Source of the DNA: Scenedesmus sp. PABB004
Taxonomy: Eukaryota
DNA: 64,000 bases
NCBI GenBank assembly: GCA_014905635.1
Contig: CM026548.1
Location: 1,302,001 to 1,366,000 of the forward strand
Direction of reading: 5' to 3'
In this document: in pieces, positions 1-14,629 of the stretch
Numbering within the stretch: position 1 is the stretch's first letter
Layout: every line of letters starts with the position of its first letter
The notes under the pieces: generated by a model
Database searches by the model: none
What the model was told of the DNA's origin: nothing
What the model saw: only the letters and a program-made list of their open reading frames with translations
Made by a program: the position numbers and the translations under genes

Positions 1-582
1 TGGACGCGGAGCTGCGCGCGCGGGGCGAGCGCCCGCTCGTGCTGTGGGCGTTCAGCGGCGCCGCGCGTGGCGTGCTCGCGAGCGCGCTCGAGCTGCTCGC
101 CGGCCGGCACGCGCTGCCGGCGCCAGCTGCCGCCGGCGCCGCGCGCGTGCTGCGGTGCTGCGCCGGCGCGGTGCTCGACTCGTGCCCCGTCGACTTCACT
201 TCAGAGGCGGTGCGCGCCGCGCCGCACGCGCCGCACGCGCCGCCCGCGCGCGCCGGCAGCTCCCGCTCCCCCTCGACGCCCCCGCGCCCCGCGCGCGCTC
301 GCAGGGCAAGCGCCTGCTCGCGCCGCGCGCGTACGGCGGCGAGCCCGCGCCCGCAGCGGCGCCGCCGCCGCGCGGCGCGCGCGCCGCGGCGGCCGCCGCC
401 GCGGCCTGGGGCGTCGGGCTGGGCGCGGGGCTGCTTGACTTCGTGCTGCTCGAGGCGTTTGAGCGGCACCGCGAGGCGATGTGGACCGCGCTCGAGGCCA
501 GCCTCCCCGGCCCCGTGCTGCTGCTCTACTCCCGCAGCGACACCATGGTGCGGCCCACGCCGCCGCCGCACCACGCCTGCGC

Positions 583-623
<41 letters not shown>

Positions 624-1308
624 CGCCCCGCCCGCCCGCATCGCCGGCCCGCACGCGCGCGCGCGTGCACGCAGGCCGACGCAGCGCAGATCGCGGGCCT
701 TGCCGCAGCGCTGCGGCGCCGGGGCCGCACGGTGATGGAGCAGGTGTGGCAGGACAGCGGCCACTGCCAGCACTACCGGTGCGGCGGCGCGCACCCGCCG
801 CCGCGCCCGCCGCCGCGCCCGGCGCCGCGCCCGCCGCCGCCACGTCCGGGCCCCGGCGCAGCACCCTGCGCGCCGCCCCGCCAGGCTGGACCCGCAGGTC
901 TATCGCGAGGCGGTGCAGCACCTGCTGGCCCAGGCGCTGCTGGAGTGGGAGGCGCGCAGCAGCCGCGCGCGCGAGGGCCGGCACCTGGCGGCGAGGTGGC
1001 GATCCGACCCGGACGAGCAGCAGCTGGCGCGGCAGCCCGTGCGGGGCGTCCCAGGCGCGCAGGCGGTCGCGGCAGCGCCGGCGCCGAGCGCGGCGCGGCG
1101 GGCGAGCCTCAGCGCGTGCTGCAGCTGCGCAGCCGAGGCGTGCGGGTGCGCTGGCACGGGGGCGCCTGCGAGCGGCGAGCTTGCGTGCTCCAGCAGCATG
1201 GCGGGCAGCCTGCGTCTGCAGCACGGGCGGCCAGCGGGCGGCACGGGCCTCGCGCCGCCCGGCCGCCGCGCCGCAGCGCAGCCAGCGCGGCCGTGCAGCA
1301 GGCTGTGA
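1..1308 (+). CDS. DUF829/TMEM53-like alpha/beta-hydrolase-fold protein, 5' end outside window (spliced)
   Basis: Spliced exons read LWAFSGAA...VLDSCPVDF...PGPVLLLYSRSDTM|ADAAQI...VMEQVWQDSGHCQHYR|LDPQVYREAVQHLL, matching the FS-x-G, DS-x-P, LYS-x-x-D and S-x-H-x-x-H motifs of DUF829. Stop TGA at 1306-1308. Confidence 0.7.
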
Positions 1309-1350
1309 CGCAGGCGGTCCGCAGCCGACATACCGGGCTGCGCTGGCTTG

Positions 1351-1735
1351 GCAACGCCCCTCTGCTGGCGCTGGCCGCCGCTCCCGCCGCCGCACCGCCG
1401 CCGCGCTCGGCTTGTTGCTGCTCCGGCGCGCGAGGCAGGCGATCGGGCGGGCGCGGGGCCCGCGGTTCACGCTGCGGCGCGCACAGCCTCCACCCGGCCG
1501 CCCTGGGCCTCCACTGCCACACACGCGCCCTCCAGGCCAGGGCTCAGCTGCAGCACGCAGCCGCGCGAGCGCGCCGCCGAGCCCGCCGCCGCCGCTGCTG
1601 CGCCGTGCGCCACGATCCGGCGCACATCGCCCCGCGGCGCCCGTGTGGGCCCGGTGTCTTCAACTACCCGCCCAGGCAGCCGCCGCGCCGGCCCAGCGCC
1701 CTCAGGCGCCGCGGCAGCGCCGACAGCAGCGCCCG
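1351..1735 (+). repeat. ~400-bp direct repeat, 5' flank of LRR cassette copy 1
   Basis: gcaacgcccctctgc...cccgcggttcacgc...cagcacgcagccgcgcgagcgc...cgcacatcgccccgcggcgcccgtgtggg...cccagcgccctcaggcgccg recurs at ~3979-4381, ~35793-36172 (rc), ~38480-38868 (rc) and ~59060-59478. Confidence 0.9.
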
Positions 1736-1744
1736 CGCGCCGCC

Positions 1745-3701
1745 ATGCGCACCCGGCGCGCCGCGCAGCGCGAGGCCGCCCAGGGTGCGTGGCTGGGAGG
1801 GGCGTGCGTGGCAGTGTCGGGCCTGCCTGAGGCGGTGGCCCGCGGCAGGCAGGCAGCCCCCGCAGGCCCACACGCCCGGCGCGCGCCCCACGCCGCCGCC
1901 CGCTGCTGCGCCGCCCGCCAGGCGCGGTGGTGGCTGCGGCGGTGGCTGCGGCCGCGACCCTGCACGACGCCTGGTCGCTTCTGCTGGCGCACCCGGCGGT
2001 GTGCGAGGACGTGGGCGTGGTGGCCAAGCTGCTCGCGACCAGCCGCGCCACGCGCGCCGCGGGTGCGGGCGTGCGGCTGGCGCGAGCGCGGCGGCGGCGC
2101 GGCAGGCGGCAGCTGCCGGCGTGGGTGCTGACTCGCGGTGCTTGGCGCGGCCAGCGCGCTCAGTCGCTGCCGCTGACGTGCCCGCCGCCGTTGCCGCCGC
2201 CGCATCGCGTGCAGTCGACACGCAGTGCTGGGGCCTGCGCATTGGGTGGCACCACGCCAGGGCCGCGTCGTTCGCCGACTGCTGGCTGCCGCGCCACGCG
2301 CACATCCTCGCCGCGCTGGACATCGGGTTCCGCCCAAACACGGCGGCTGTGGCAGCCGCGCTGCGCACGGCGGCGGCGGTGCGGCCCCTGCGGCTGCACG
2401 GGTTCAGCTTACATGATCACGCAGCCCCTGCGGCGGCGCTGCTGCGGGAGCTGCCCGCCAGCCTCACGTCGCTGGGGATTGTGCTGGACGAGGGCAGAAA
2501 CGCCTCGCACCTGCCGCGCCTGGCGGCGGCGCTGTCGCGCCTGACGGCCCTGCGCACGCTGCACCTGAGTGACGAGGCCATGCCCATGGGCAAGGAGGTG
2601 CAGCGCCTGCTGCCGGCGCTGGCGGGCCACCGCCAGCTCACATCGCTGTATGTCGACACCCAGGACGGCCTGGGCGCCCTGCCGGCGAGCCTGGTGGAGC
2701 TGGAGTTGGCCGACGGCTTTGCTCACAAGACCCCTGACCCCAAGTTCGACCTGCACCACCTCACAGCGCTGACCAGACTCACCTACATCGCGGGTGTGGG
2801 CGACGCGCTGCCGCCCAGCCTGGAGGCGCTGGAGGTGGTGGCGATCATGGACGTGGGGCCCCTGCTGGCGCTCAGCCGGCTGCGCGAGCTGCGCCTGCCT
2901 TATGCCCGCGACGTGCCTGCGCTCGAGCTGGGCCGGCTCACGGCCCTGGCGCGCCTCAGCAGCGTGGCTCTGGACTACACACAGACGTGGTACGAAGGCG
3001 CGCTCGATATCAGCGAGGCACTGCTCGCGGCGGCGCGGGTGTGGCCGCGGCTGCCGCTGGTGGGCCTTAGCGCCCCCCTGGTGAGCGCCCTGCTGCCGCA
3101 CCTGTTGCAGCTGCGCGGCCTCACCATGCTCGAGCTCCTGGGCACTGCAGAGGAGGGGGAGCTGCCGAGCGCGGCCGAGCTGGCTGCGGCGCTCGGCCAG
3201 CTGACGGCGCTGCGCACGCTCAACTTGCGCGGCATCCTCGTGCCGCCCCTCGCCCAGGCGGCGGCATCGCTGGCGCCCGTGACGGCGGCGCTGTCGCGGC
3301 TGCCCAGCCTGGACAGCTTCGGGCTCTTTGGCAGCCCTGGCGTGTTTGACGTGGCGGCCGCCGAGGCGTTTGCGCCGCCGGCGACCACCAAGCTTTGCTT
3401 CGAGTGCTGCCGCATCGACGACGCCGCGCTGTGCGCTGTGGCGAACCGACTGCCCGGCCTGATGTCCCTGAGTGTTTACGACGATGACAGCGCGCTGACC
3501 GGGGCCACCCTGCCGGTGCTGTGCGAGCGGCTGACGCAGCTCACGTGCCTGACCCTCCCGGCGCCGGCAGTCACGCTGGCCAACGCGCACTGCCTGAGCG
3601 CCCTCGTGCGGCTCAGGGAGCTGTACGTGTACAAGCTGGCATGGGACGAGCTCCAGGCGGTGCGCCAGGCGGTGCGAAAGGGCTTCGTGGAGGTGCATTG
3701 A
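1745..3701 (+). CDS. LRR (RNI-like) protein with degenerate F-box-like N-terminal motif, copy 1; exons ~1745-1784, 1922-2062, 2215-3701
   Basis: MRTRRAAQREAAQG|AVVAAA...TLHDAWSLLLAHPAVCEDVGVVAKLLATSRATRAA|VDTQCWGL... followed by many LxxLxxLxxLxL repeats. The phase-compatible GT-AG introns are conserved in all three copies. Confidence 0.8.
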
Positions 3702-3978
3702 GCCCTGACAGCGGCCGGCGTGTGCCTGCCGGGGCGGCGCGGCGCTCCTGGGCGGCGGCTTTGGCGCGCCCGGCGGCGGCGCTGCCGCCGCCAGGCGGCC
3801 GGGGCAGCTCGGCGCTCGGCTGGGTGGCTGCGCGGGGCATGTGCGTGGCTGCGGCGGCGAGCTGAGTTGAGATGGGCGCGGCACCGTGCGTGCTGCGCGC
3901 GCGTGCGGGGGCGGCGGGCGCGCGCTGGCCGGCTGGTCGCGGGCTGCGGCGGGTGCCGGCGGCGCGCGTGCCCCTGCT

Positions 3979-4381
3979 GCAACGCCCCTCTGCTGCTGCG
4001 CTGGCCGCCGCTGCCGCTCCCGCCCCCGCACCGCCGCCGCGCACGGCTTGTTGCTGCTCCGGCGCGCGAGGCAGGCGGGCGGGCGGGCGCGGGGCCCGCG
4101 GTTCACGCAGCGCCCGGTGGCGTCGCGCACAGCCTCCGCCCGGCCGCCCGTGGGCCTCCCCTGCCACATACGCACACGACCTCCAGGCCCGGACGGCAGC
4201 CGCAGCACGCAGCCGCGCGAGCGCACCGCCGAGCCCGCCGCTGCTGCTGTGCCGCTCGCCGCGATCGAACGCACATCGCCCCGCGGCGCCCGTGTGGGAC
4301 CCGCGACGCCACCGACCCTCACAGCCAGCCGCCGCGCCGACCCAGCGCCCTCAGGCGCCGTGGCAGCGCCGGCAGCAGCGC
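3979..4381 (+). repeat. ~400-bp direct repeat, 3' flank of LRR cassette copy 1; directly upstream of ATG16
   Basis: Colinear similarity to 1351-1735, seen directly in the sequence. Confidence 0.9.
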
Positions 4382-4457
4382 GCTGCTGCCAGCTGCGCCT
4401 CGCCCGCGGCAGCGCCGCCCGGCCAGCCGGCAGCGCCTTGGGTGAGCGCCTGCTGAC

Positions 4458-7400
4458 ATGATGGCGGTGGAGTGCCCGCAGGAGCTCCAGGCGGACGTGT
4501 GGCGCCAGGTGGCCGCGCTGCGGGCGGCGCAGACAGCGCCGTACGAAACGCTCGTCGCCGACTACATGGCCTGCCTGCAGCGCAACAGGGAGCTGGAGGT
4601 GCGAGCCCGGGGCGCGCGCGGCCGCCTCACGGCCCAGCGGGCGGCCGCGCCCGCGGCGCGCCCGCGCGGCGCCCGTGCGGCGCGCGCCTGGCAGCTGACG
4701 CGCGAGCTGCTGCCGGCCGGGCGGCCGGCCGGCCGGCGTGCCGCCAGGTGCGGGTCGGCGTGCTCGACAAGGAGGTGGCCGAGCTGCGCGACGAGGCCGG
4801 CTCGCTGCAGCACCGCCTCGCGGCGTTTGACGAGGCCGCGGTGCGCGACTTTGCGGCAAAGGTGCGCCCGCCGCTGCGCCCGCCCGCGCCCGCTGCTGGC
4901 GCTGCTGGTGCCGCTGCCGCTGCCGCGGCGGCCGTCGCTGCCCGGGCGAGCCCCGTCCCTCTGTGCGCCGCCCGCCGCCGCCGCGCCAGGCCGAGAGCTA
5001 CCGGGCAGACCTGGCGCGTGCCAACAGCGAGCTCACCAGCCTGCTGCGCGACAAGTCCAAGGCGCGCTCGCCCGGCCAGCGCCCCGCCGCGCGCGCCGGC
5101 TGGGCGCGCCGCGTGCGCCGCCGGCCACACAAGCGCGCGCCCGCGCCCGCGCCGCCGCCGCCAGGCGTACGAGGAGCTGCTGGCCCTGCAGCGCACCGTG
5201 GCCGCGCTCAGCGCGTCGCAGGCCGAGGCCGCCGAGGCCGCGGAGCTGGCCGAGGGCGAGATCGGCGGGCTGAAGGCCCGCCTCGCCGAGCTGAGCCAGG
5301 AGCTCGACGCCGAGCGCCAGGCGCGCCAGCTGGCGGCGGCCGAGGCTGAGGCGCGGTGCGCCGCGGCGGCCCGGCGCGCGCGCGGGGCGGCTCCCGCCGC
5401 GCGCGCGGCGGCCGCGCGGCGCGGCGCGCTGACGCCGCCGCCGCCTCTGCCGCCGCCGCCGCGCCCGCGCCCGCAGCGTGGCGGCCAAGGTCGCGGCCGA
5501 GGCCGAGTCGGAGCGGCTGCGCGCCGACAACCTGCAGATGGAGGGGCAGCTGCGGCAGATGGTGGCCAAGGAGGTGCGGCGGGCCGCCGCTCGCGCGGCG
5601 CGGCGGAGCGCGGGGCGCGCGCCGGGCGGCCGCGGGGCGCGGCCACGCGCCCGGCCGCGCCGCCGCCGCTGCGTTGGGTGCTCGCAGGCGGAGCGGCTGG
5701 AGCAGATCAGTCGCATGCATGAGGAGCTGATGGTCAACACCAAGCGGCAGCAGGTGGGCGGTGGTGGCGGCGGCGGCAGCAGCCCACGGCGCGCGGCCGT
5801 GGCCACGCGGCGCCGCGGCCGACACCGGCCCGCGCGCCGCGCGCCGCAGACTGAGGCGTCCGCGGCGTCGCAGCTGATGGGCCTGCTGACACGCCGCCGC
5901 GGCAGCGCCACCAGCAGCAGCAGCGCCGCGGCGTCCGCCGCGCCCAGCCCGGGCGGCGGCGCGTCGGCGCCGGCGAGCCGCCGCGGCAGCGCGGCCGACG
6001 CGGCCGGCAGCGCCGCGGCGGCGGCGGCCGCGGCGGAGGAGCACGAGCATGCGCAGGAGATGTGGTCGAGCCTCAAGCAGCGCATGGGCCTGCCCGAGCT
6101 GCCGGTGGGCCCGATCAAGGAACGGGAGCTGCCACAGCAGCCGGCCAAGGCCGTGCAGGTCTGCGCAGCGCTTCGCCCGGCGGCGGCACGGCGCCCGCGC
6201 CGCCGCGCGCGCGCGGGCCGCAGCCCGACGGGCCGGCCTGCGCCGCACCACCCGCGCGCCGCCCCGCGCCCCGCGCAGGCGCACGCGGGCGGCGTGTGCA
6301 GCCTGGCCTTCCAGCCGCACGGCCAGCTCGTCGCGAGCTGCGGCATGGACAAGACGGTGCAGAGCTGGTCGCTCACGCACGCGGCGCACGTCAGCACCTA
6401 CCAGGCGCGGCGAGCGGCGCGGCGTCGCGTCGGCGCGCCCCGCCCCGCCCGGCCGCGAAGGCGCGGGGCCCACCCAGGCTCCCCGCCCGCGCCTGGCCGC
6501 GCCGCGCAGGGCATGCAGGGGAGCGTGAACGACGTGGCCTTCAACGCCGACGGCCGGCGGCTGCTGGGCGCGGGCAGCGACAAGCGCTTGCTCGTGTGGA
6601 ACACGCACGGCGGCCAGGCGCGCGCGGCGGCCGAGGCGGGGCGCGCGCGCGCCCGGGCCGGGGGCTCGCCGCGACCCCCGCGCGCGCCGCGCCGCCGCGG
6701 CCGCAGGTCGTGCACACGCTGACGGGGCACGCCAACGCCGTGAGCTGCGTCGCGGCGTCGCCGCTGGACGAGGGCTTGGCCGTGTCGGCGGGCGAGGACC
6801 GCTGCCTCAAGGCGCGCCGCAGGGTTCAGGCCGCGCGGCGCAGGGTTTAGCCCGCGCGTGCCGCGCCAAGCCACGCCACGCCACGAGCACGCCGGGCGCC
6901 GCGGCGCCGCGCTCGACCGTCTGACGCCGCCGCCGCCGCCGCAGGTGTGGGACCTCGTGCGCGGCTACGCGAGCCGCAGCATCCCCTGCACCAAGATGCC
7001 GACCGCGCTCACGCTCAGCGCCGACGGCAGCACCATCATCACAGGTGGGGCGAGCGCGGCGCCTGCGCTCAGCGCGCGGTGCCCGCGCGCTGACGGCCGC
7101 GCCGCGCCCGCCCCACGCACGCAACCCGCGGCCAGGGCACCTCGACGGCACGCTGTGCCTCTGGGACCTGCGGCAGAGCCGCGCGGGCAGCCAGCCGCTG
7201 GCCGAGGTGCGGCGGCGGCAGCGGCGCTGCGCCGCTCGTGCCGCCGAGCGGGACAGCTGCCGAGGCGCGGCCGGCTCCGCCGCCGCCGCCGCCGCCGCCG
7301 CTGCTGCGCAGGTGCGCGACCACGCGCAGGCGGTGCTGTGCGTCACGCCCACGCCAAACGCGGACTGGCTGCTGACCGCGTCGAAGGACAACCAGCTGCG

Positions 7401-7915
7401 GCTGTGGGACTTCCGCCAGCTCGGCACCGTCCAGGCGCGTCGCCGCGCTCCCGCTCGCTCGCTCGCTGCCGCCCCGGGCGCGCCGCGCCGCGTCTGGCCG
7501 CCGCTTGCGCCGCCGGCGCGCGGCGGCGCTGCGACCCCTGCCGCGGCGGCGGCGGCGCTGCAGGTGCTCAAGGCGCCGCACTTCAGCATCGGCCACATCG
7601 GCAGCATGGGGCGCAGCAAGTGCCACGCAGAAATGAGCGCCGACGGGCGCTGGGTCGCGGCGGGCGCGGCGGACGGCCAGGTGCGCGCGCGGCGCGCGTC
7701 GCGCGGCGCGAGGTCGCGGGGCCCCGTGGCGAGCGCGCGCCGCCCGGCCGCAGGTGTTTGTGTGGGAGCTGCGTGGCGCGCCCGGCGCGGCGGCGGGCGC
7801 GCGCGCGCTGCGGCACCACAAGGACGCGGCGGTCGCGGCGGGCTGGAGCGCCGACTGCACGGAGCTCGTGACCGCCGACAAGGCCGGCGGCATCGCCTTC
7901 TGGCGCCTGCAGTGA
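4458..7915 (+). CDS. ATG16: Autophagy protein ATG16 (coiled coil plus C-terminal WD40 repeats), multi-exon
   Basis: N-terminal helix (WRQVAALRAAQTAPYETLVADY), long coiled coil, then WD40 repeats (AHAGGVCSLAF...ASCGMDKTVQSW; LTGHANAVSCV...SAGEDRCLK|VWD; GHLDGTLCLWDLR; LLTASKDNQLRLWD; MSADGRWVAAGAADGQ|VFVWE). Stop TGA at 7913-7915. Confidence 0.8.
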
Positions 7916-8352
7916 CGCGCGCGCCGCGCTCACCGCTGGTAACACCGGCCTGGGCCCGGCAGGCGCCGAGCGCCGCTCGAGGCACCAGCCCAGACCCGCG
8001 GCGGCACCGACTCCTCGTTCGCCGAGAGCGCAGCCGCCCGTTGAGCTGCCGCGACTGCCACCGAGCCCTTTCGCCGAGTGCGTGCATCTTGTGCAGCTCG
8101 CACACAGTGCTGCGGCAACCGCGACCAGCTCGCCACGCCCGCTCGCCCGCGCGCGCCGAGCAGCAGCAGCGGTGCCGCCCGCCGCTCGCCGCCGCCGCAG
8201 CCGGCCCGCCGCCGCAGCCGCCCCGCCGATCCCCGCCGGCAGCATCGCGCGAGCGGCGCCCGATTGCAGCCCGCTCGCCGCCGCCGCCGCGCCGCGCCGC
8301 TGCTGCTGCTGCGGGCGCCGCTGGCTCAACAACGCCGCGCCGCGCCGCCGCG

Positions 8353-11860
<3,508 letters not shown>

Positions 11861-12136
11861 GGCGGCCAGCTGCGCAGGGCGCAGGCGGGCGCGCTGCGGC
11901 CTTGCCTGGTGGTCTCGCGGCCGGTCAAAGTGACGGGTCAATGCCGCCGGGCAGCATTATGCCCGTTCCGCCCCCGCACGCCCGGCCCCGCGATAAATCG
12001 AAAGCAGCAGCGTCCCGTCGCCCCCACCCGCTGGTGTCCGCCCTCTGCCGAGCGACCCGCCTCAGCGCCTTGAGCATTTTCGCGCCGCCGCTGTCGCGAC
12101 ACCGAGCCCGCTGCGCGGTCAAGCGTCCCCTCCACA

Positions 12137-13996
12137 ATGGTGCGTCACCTACTGCTCCTCTTCCTCGCGGCCGCGGCCGCTGCAAGTGCCTCCGCCGCCT
12201 GGACGAGCCTGCAACAGGACTGCGCCGCCGTCGCGCCCGGCGCGGCCTTTGGCGCCGCCGCGCCCGACCTGTGAGCCGCCCCGCGGCTGTACCTGCGCGC
12301 CTTTGGCCCGCCGCGCTGCCCGCCTCGCCGCTGCGCGCGCCGGCGGCGCCGCGCGCCGCGCCGCGCCGCCGGCGCTGCTCCGCGCGCGCCGCGGCACTCA
12401 CCCACCCGCGTGCCGCCCCCCCCCATCTCGCAGGAAAACGGCCATCACCGTGACGACCGCCGACGGCGGCGCCGTGGCCGCGCTCTGCCCCGGCGTGGCG
12501 TACACCGTGCGCGTCAAGTTCCCCGAGCGCCGCAACTTCATCGTCGCCGCCACCGCGGGCGCCTTTTCCGGCGGCGTCGCCACGACGGGGACCTGGTGCA
12601 GCGCCTGTTCTTTTGCCGTCAGTGGGGTGGGGGGCGCCGGCGCCCTCTCTGCCCGCTGGGCGCCCCGCTGACCGCCCCGCTGACCGCCCTGCTGACCGCC
12701 CCGTTGGCCGACCCCGCGCGCTCGCAGCGCCAACCGCTTCATCAGCGCCGTGCCCGCCAGCACCACGGCCGCCACGCTCAGCCTCCCGTGCGGCGCGGCC
12801 GGCACCGTCGACCTGGCCGCGGCCAGCGTGCTATTCAACAAGACGACGTCGGCCGCGTTCAAGAAGGCGCAGCTGCTCGGCCTGCCCGTCGCGCCGCTCG
12901 CCGCCTGCCCGCAGTCCAACTGCCCCGGCGCCGGTGCGCGCGGCGCCGCGCCCCGCGCCGCGCTCCGCCGCTGCGGGCTGCCGCCGCCGCGCGGCCCCGC
13001 CCGCCCCCCGCGCCCGCCCCTCACGCGCGCGCCCCTCGCGCGTGCGCAGGCCTGCGCATCACCACGGGCGTCGCCGCCACGCCCGCCGCCGCGCCCGCCG
13101 CCGCGCCCGCCGACGCGCTGGGCGTGCGCCTGCCCGCGATCCCGGGGCTCAAGCTGCCCGAGGTGCGGCTCAACCTCACCAAGACCCCGTTCAAGGTGCC
13201 CTCGTTCAAGGTCAACCTCACCAAGGTCGCCCTGCCCACCAAGGTCGTGCTCGACCTCAACGTCCCCCAGCTCGAGAGCATGAAGGCCCTGCTGACCGAG
13301 TCGCTGTCGAGCGTCGACGCCGCGGCGGGCCTGCCCGACCTCACTCCCCTCGCGCAGCCCTTTACCGCGCTGCAGAGCCTCGCCGCGAGCATGGGCGTCG
13401 CGGCGCCGATCAACCTCACCGCGGGGCTCGCGTCCGCGCCCGGCGCGGCCCTCGCAGCGGCGGCGGCGACGGTGCAGGGCGTGAGCGCCAAGCTGCTGCG
13501 CAGCGCCAACGTGACCGTCGCGACCAACGGCACCGTGCTGGGCCTGCCCGACAGCCCCGACGAGCTCGTCGCCTTCATGCGCGGCATCGCCGACGAGCTG
13601 CGCGCCAAGACCGCGGGCCTCTTTGGCGCGGGCGCGGGCGCCGACGCCGCCGACGCGCCCGCGGGCGACGCGTCCGCGCGCCGCCTGCTCGCGGCCGACC
13701 CCGTGGCGAGCTACAACGCGCGCAAGATCGTGTCGTTCACGCAGCTCGCGCAGAGCGACTTTTGGGCGGTCATGTACACCGGGTTCAAGACCTCGCGCGC
13801 GGCGATGGCGCTCATGATCGCCGCGCTCAAGGCGCCGGTCAACGGCGTCGTCACGCTCGACAACGTGTCGCTGCTCGACTTTACCTCCAACGTCGCCTCG
13901 CTCGGCGCGGAGCTGAGCGACCTGATGAGCCGCATCACCAAGACCACGTCCGACGCGATCAACCCGCTCAACCTCAAGCCCACGACGACCGGGTGA
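12137..13996 (+). CDS. Secreted protein with Cys-containing Reeler-like N-terminal domain and unknown C-terminal region (4 exons)
   Basis: Signal peptide [48 protein letters not shown]...C|ANRF; RRLL putative processing motif; long final exon with strong codon bias ending KPTTTG*. Confidence 0.6.
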
Positions 13997-14629
13997 CTCA
14001 CCCGGTCATCACCCGGGGTGATGACGGGCTGGCGGGGACCGTGAGAGGGGGGGGGGGCATCTGTCGAGAGGGGCGTGTGCGGCAGGTGGCTCTGTTCGCG
14101 CGTGCGCTGGGCCATCTCTTGCATGCACGCGGCGATGACGGCGCGCGTGCGGCGGGCGCCGATACCTTGGCGGCGCCGATACCTTACCTTGGTCGCTTGA
14201 GCCCGCCCGCGGCGGCGGCACCGCTGAAGAACGGAGCGGCCGCCGCCGCGGCAGCGCGGCGCGGGCCCAATCACAACTCTGGCGCCGACGCTCCGCGAGT
14301 GAGCGCGCGCGGCCCAACTCACTCTCGCGGCGGTTCAGTCGCGCGCGCGCAGTGTGGCATCGGTGTGCAAGCGTGGCATCCCCAGTGCAACTGGTGGTGC
14401 CAGCCTGCTGGGGCACGCGGCCGACCGCTGCCCACCACACCGCGCCGCCGCAAACAGCTCGCCGAACCCGCCGCTGCTGCTGCACTGCTGCCGCGCCGCG
14501 CCGCAGCCGGCGCCGCCCTGCCTCCTCCGGACCCGCAAGTGTGTCACGCGGTCGCGTCCAGCTCTGCGCCGCGCGCCGACGCCGCGGGGAGGCGGGCGGG
14601 AAGGAGCAGGCCCGCGCACCAAAGAAAGG

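Noticed and set aside
39..3701. 1220-aa ORF as one hydrolase-LRR fusion (likewise the 952-aa ORF at 36458-39316)
   Set aside because: It reads through introns and the flank repeat. Comparison of the three copies places the LRR start at the conserved MRTR ATG.
1351..4381. Autonomous LTR retrotransposon
   Set aside because: No gag/pol, PBS, PPT, TG...CA ends or TSD recognised, and introns are retained.
12668..12710. Short intronic tandem repeats (gctgaccgcccc x3; similar ones at ~45090-45150 and ~43494-43550)
   Set aside because: Ordinary slippage repeats in introns with no further structure.
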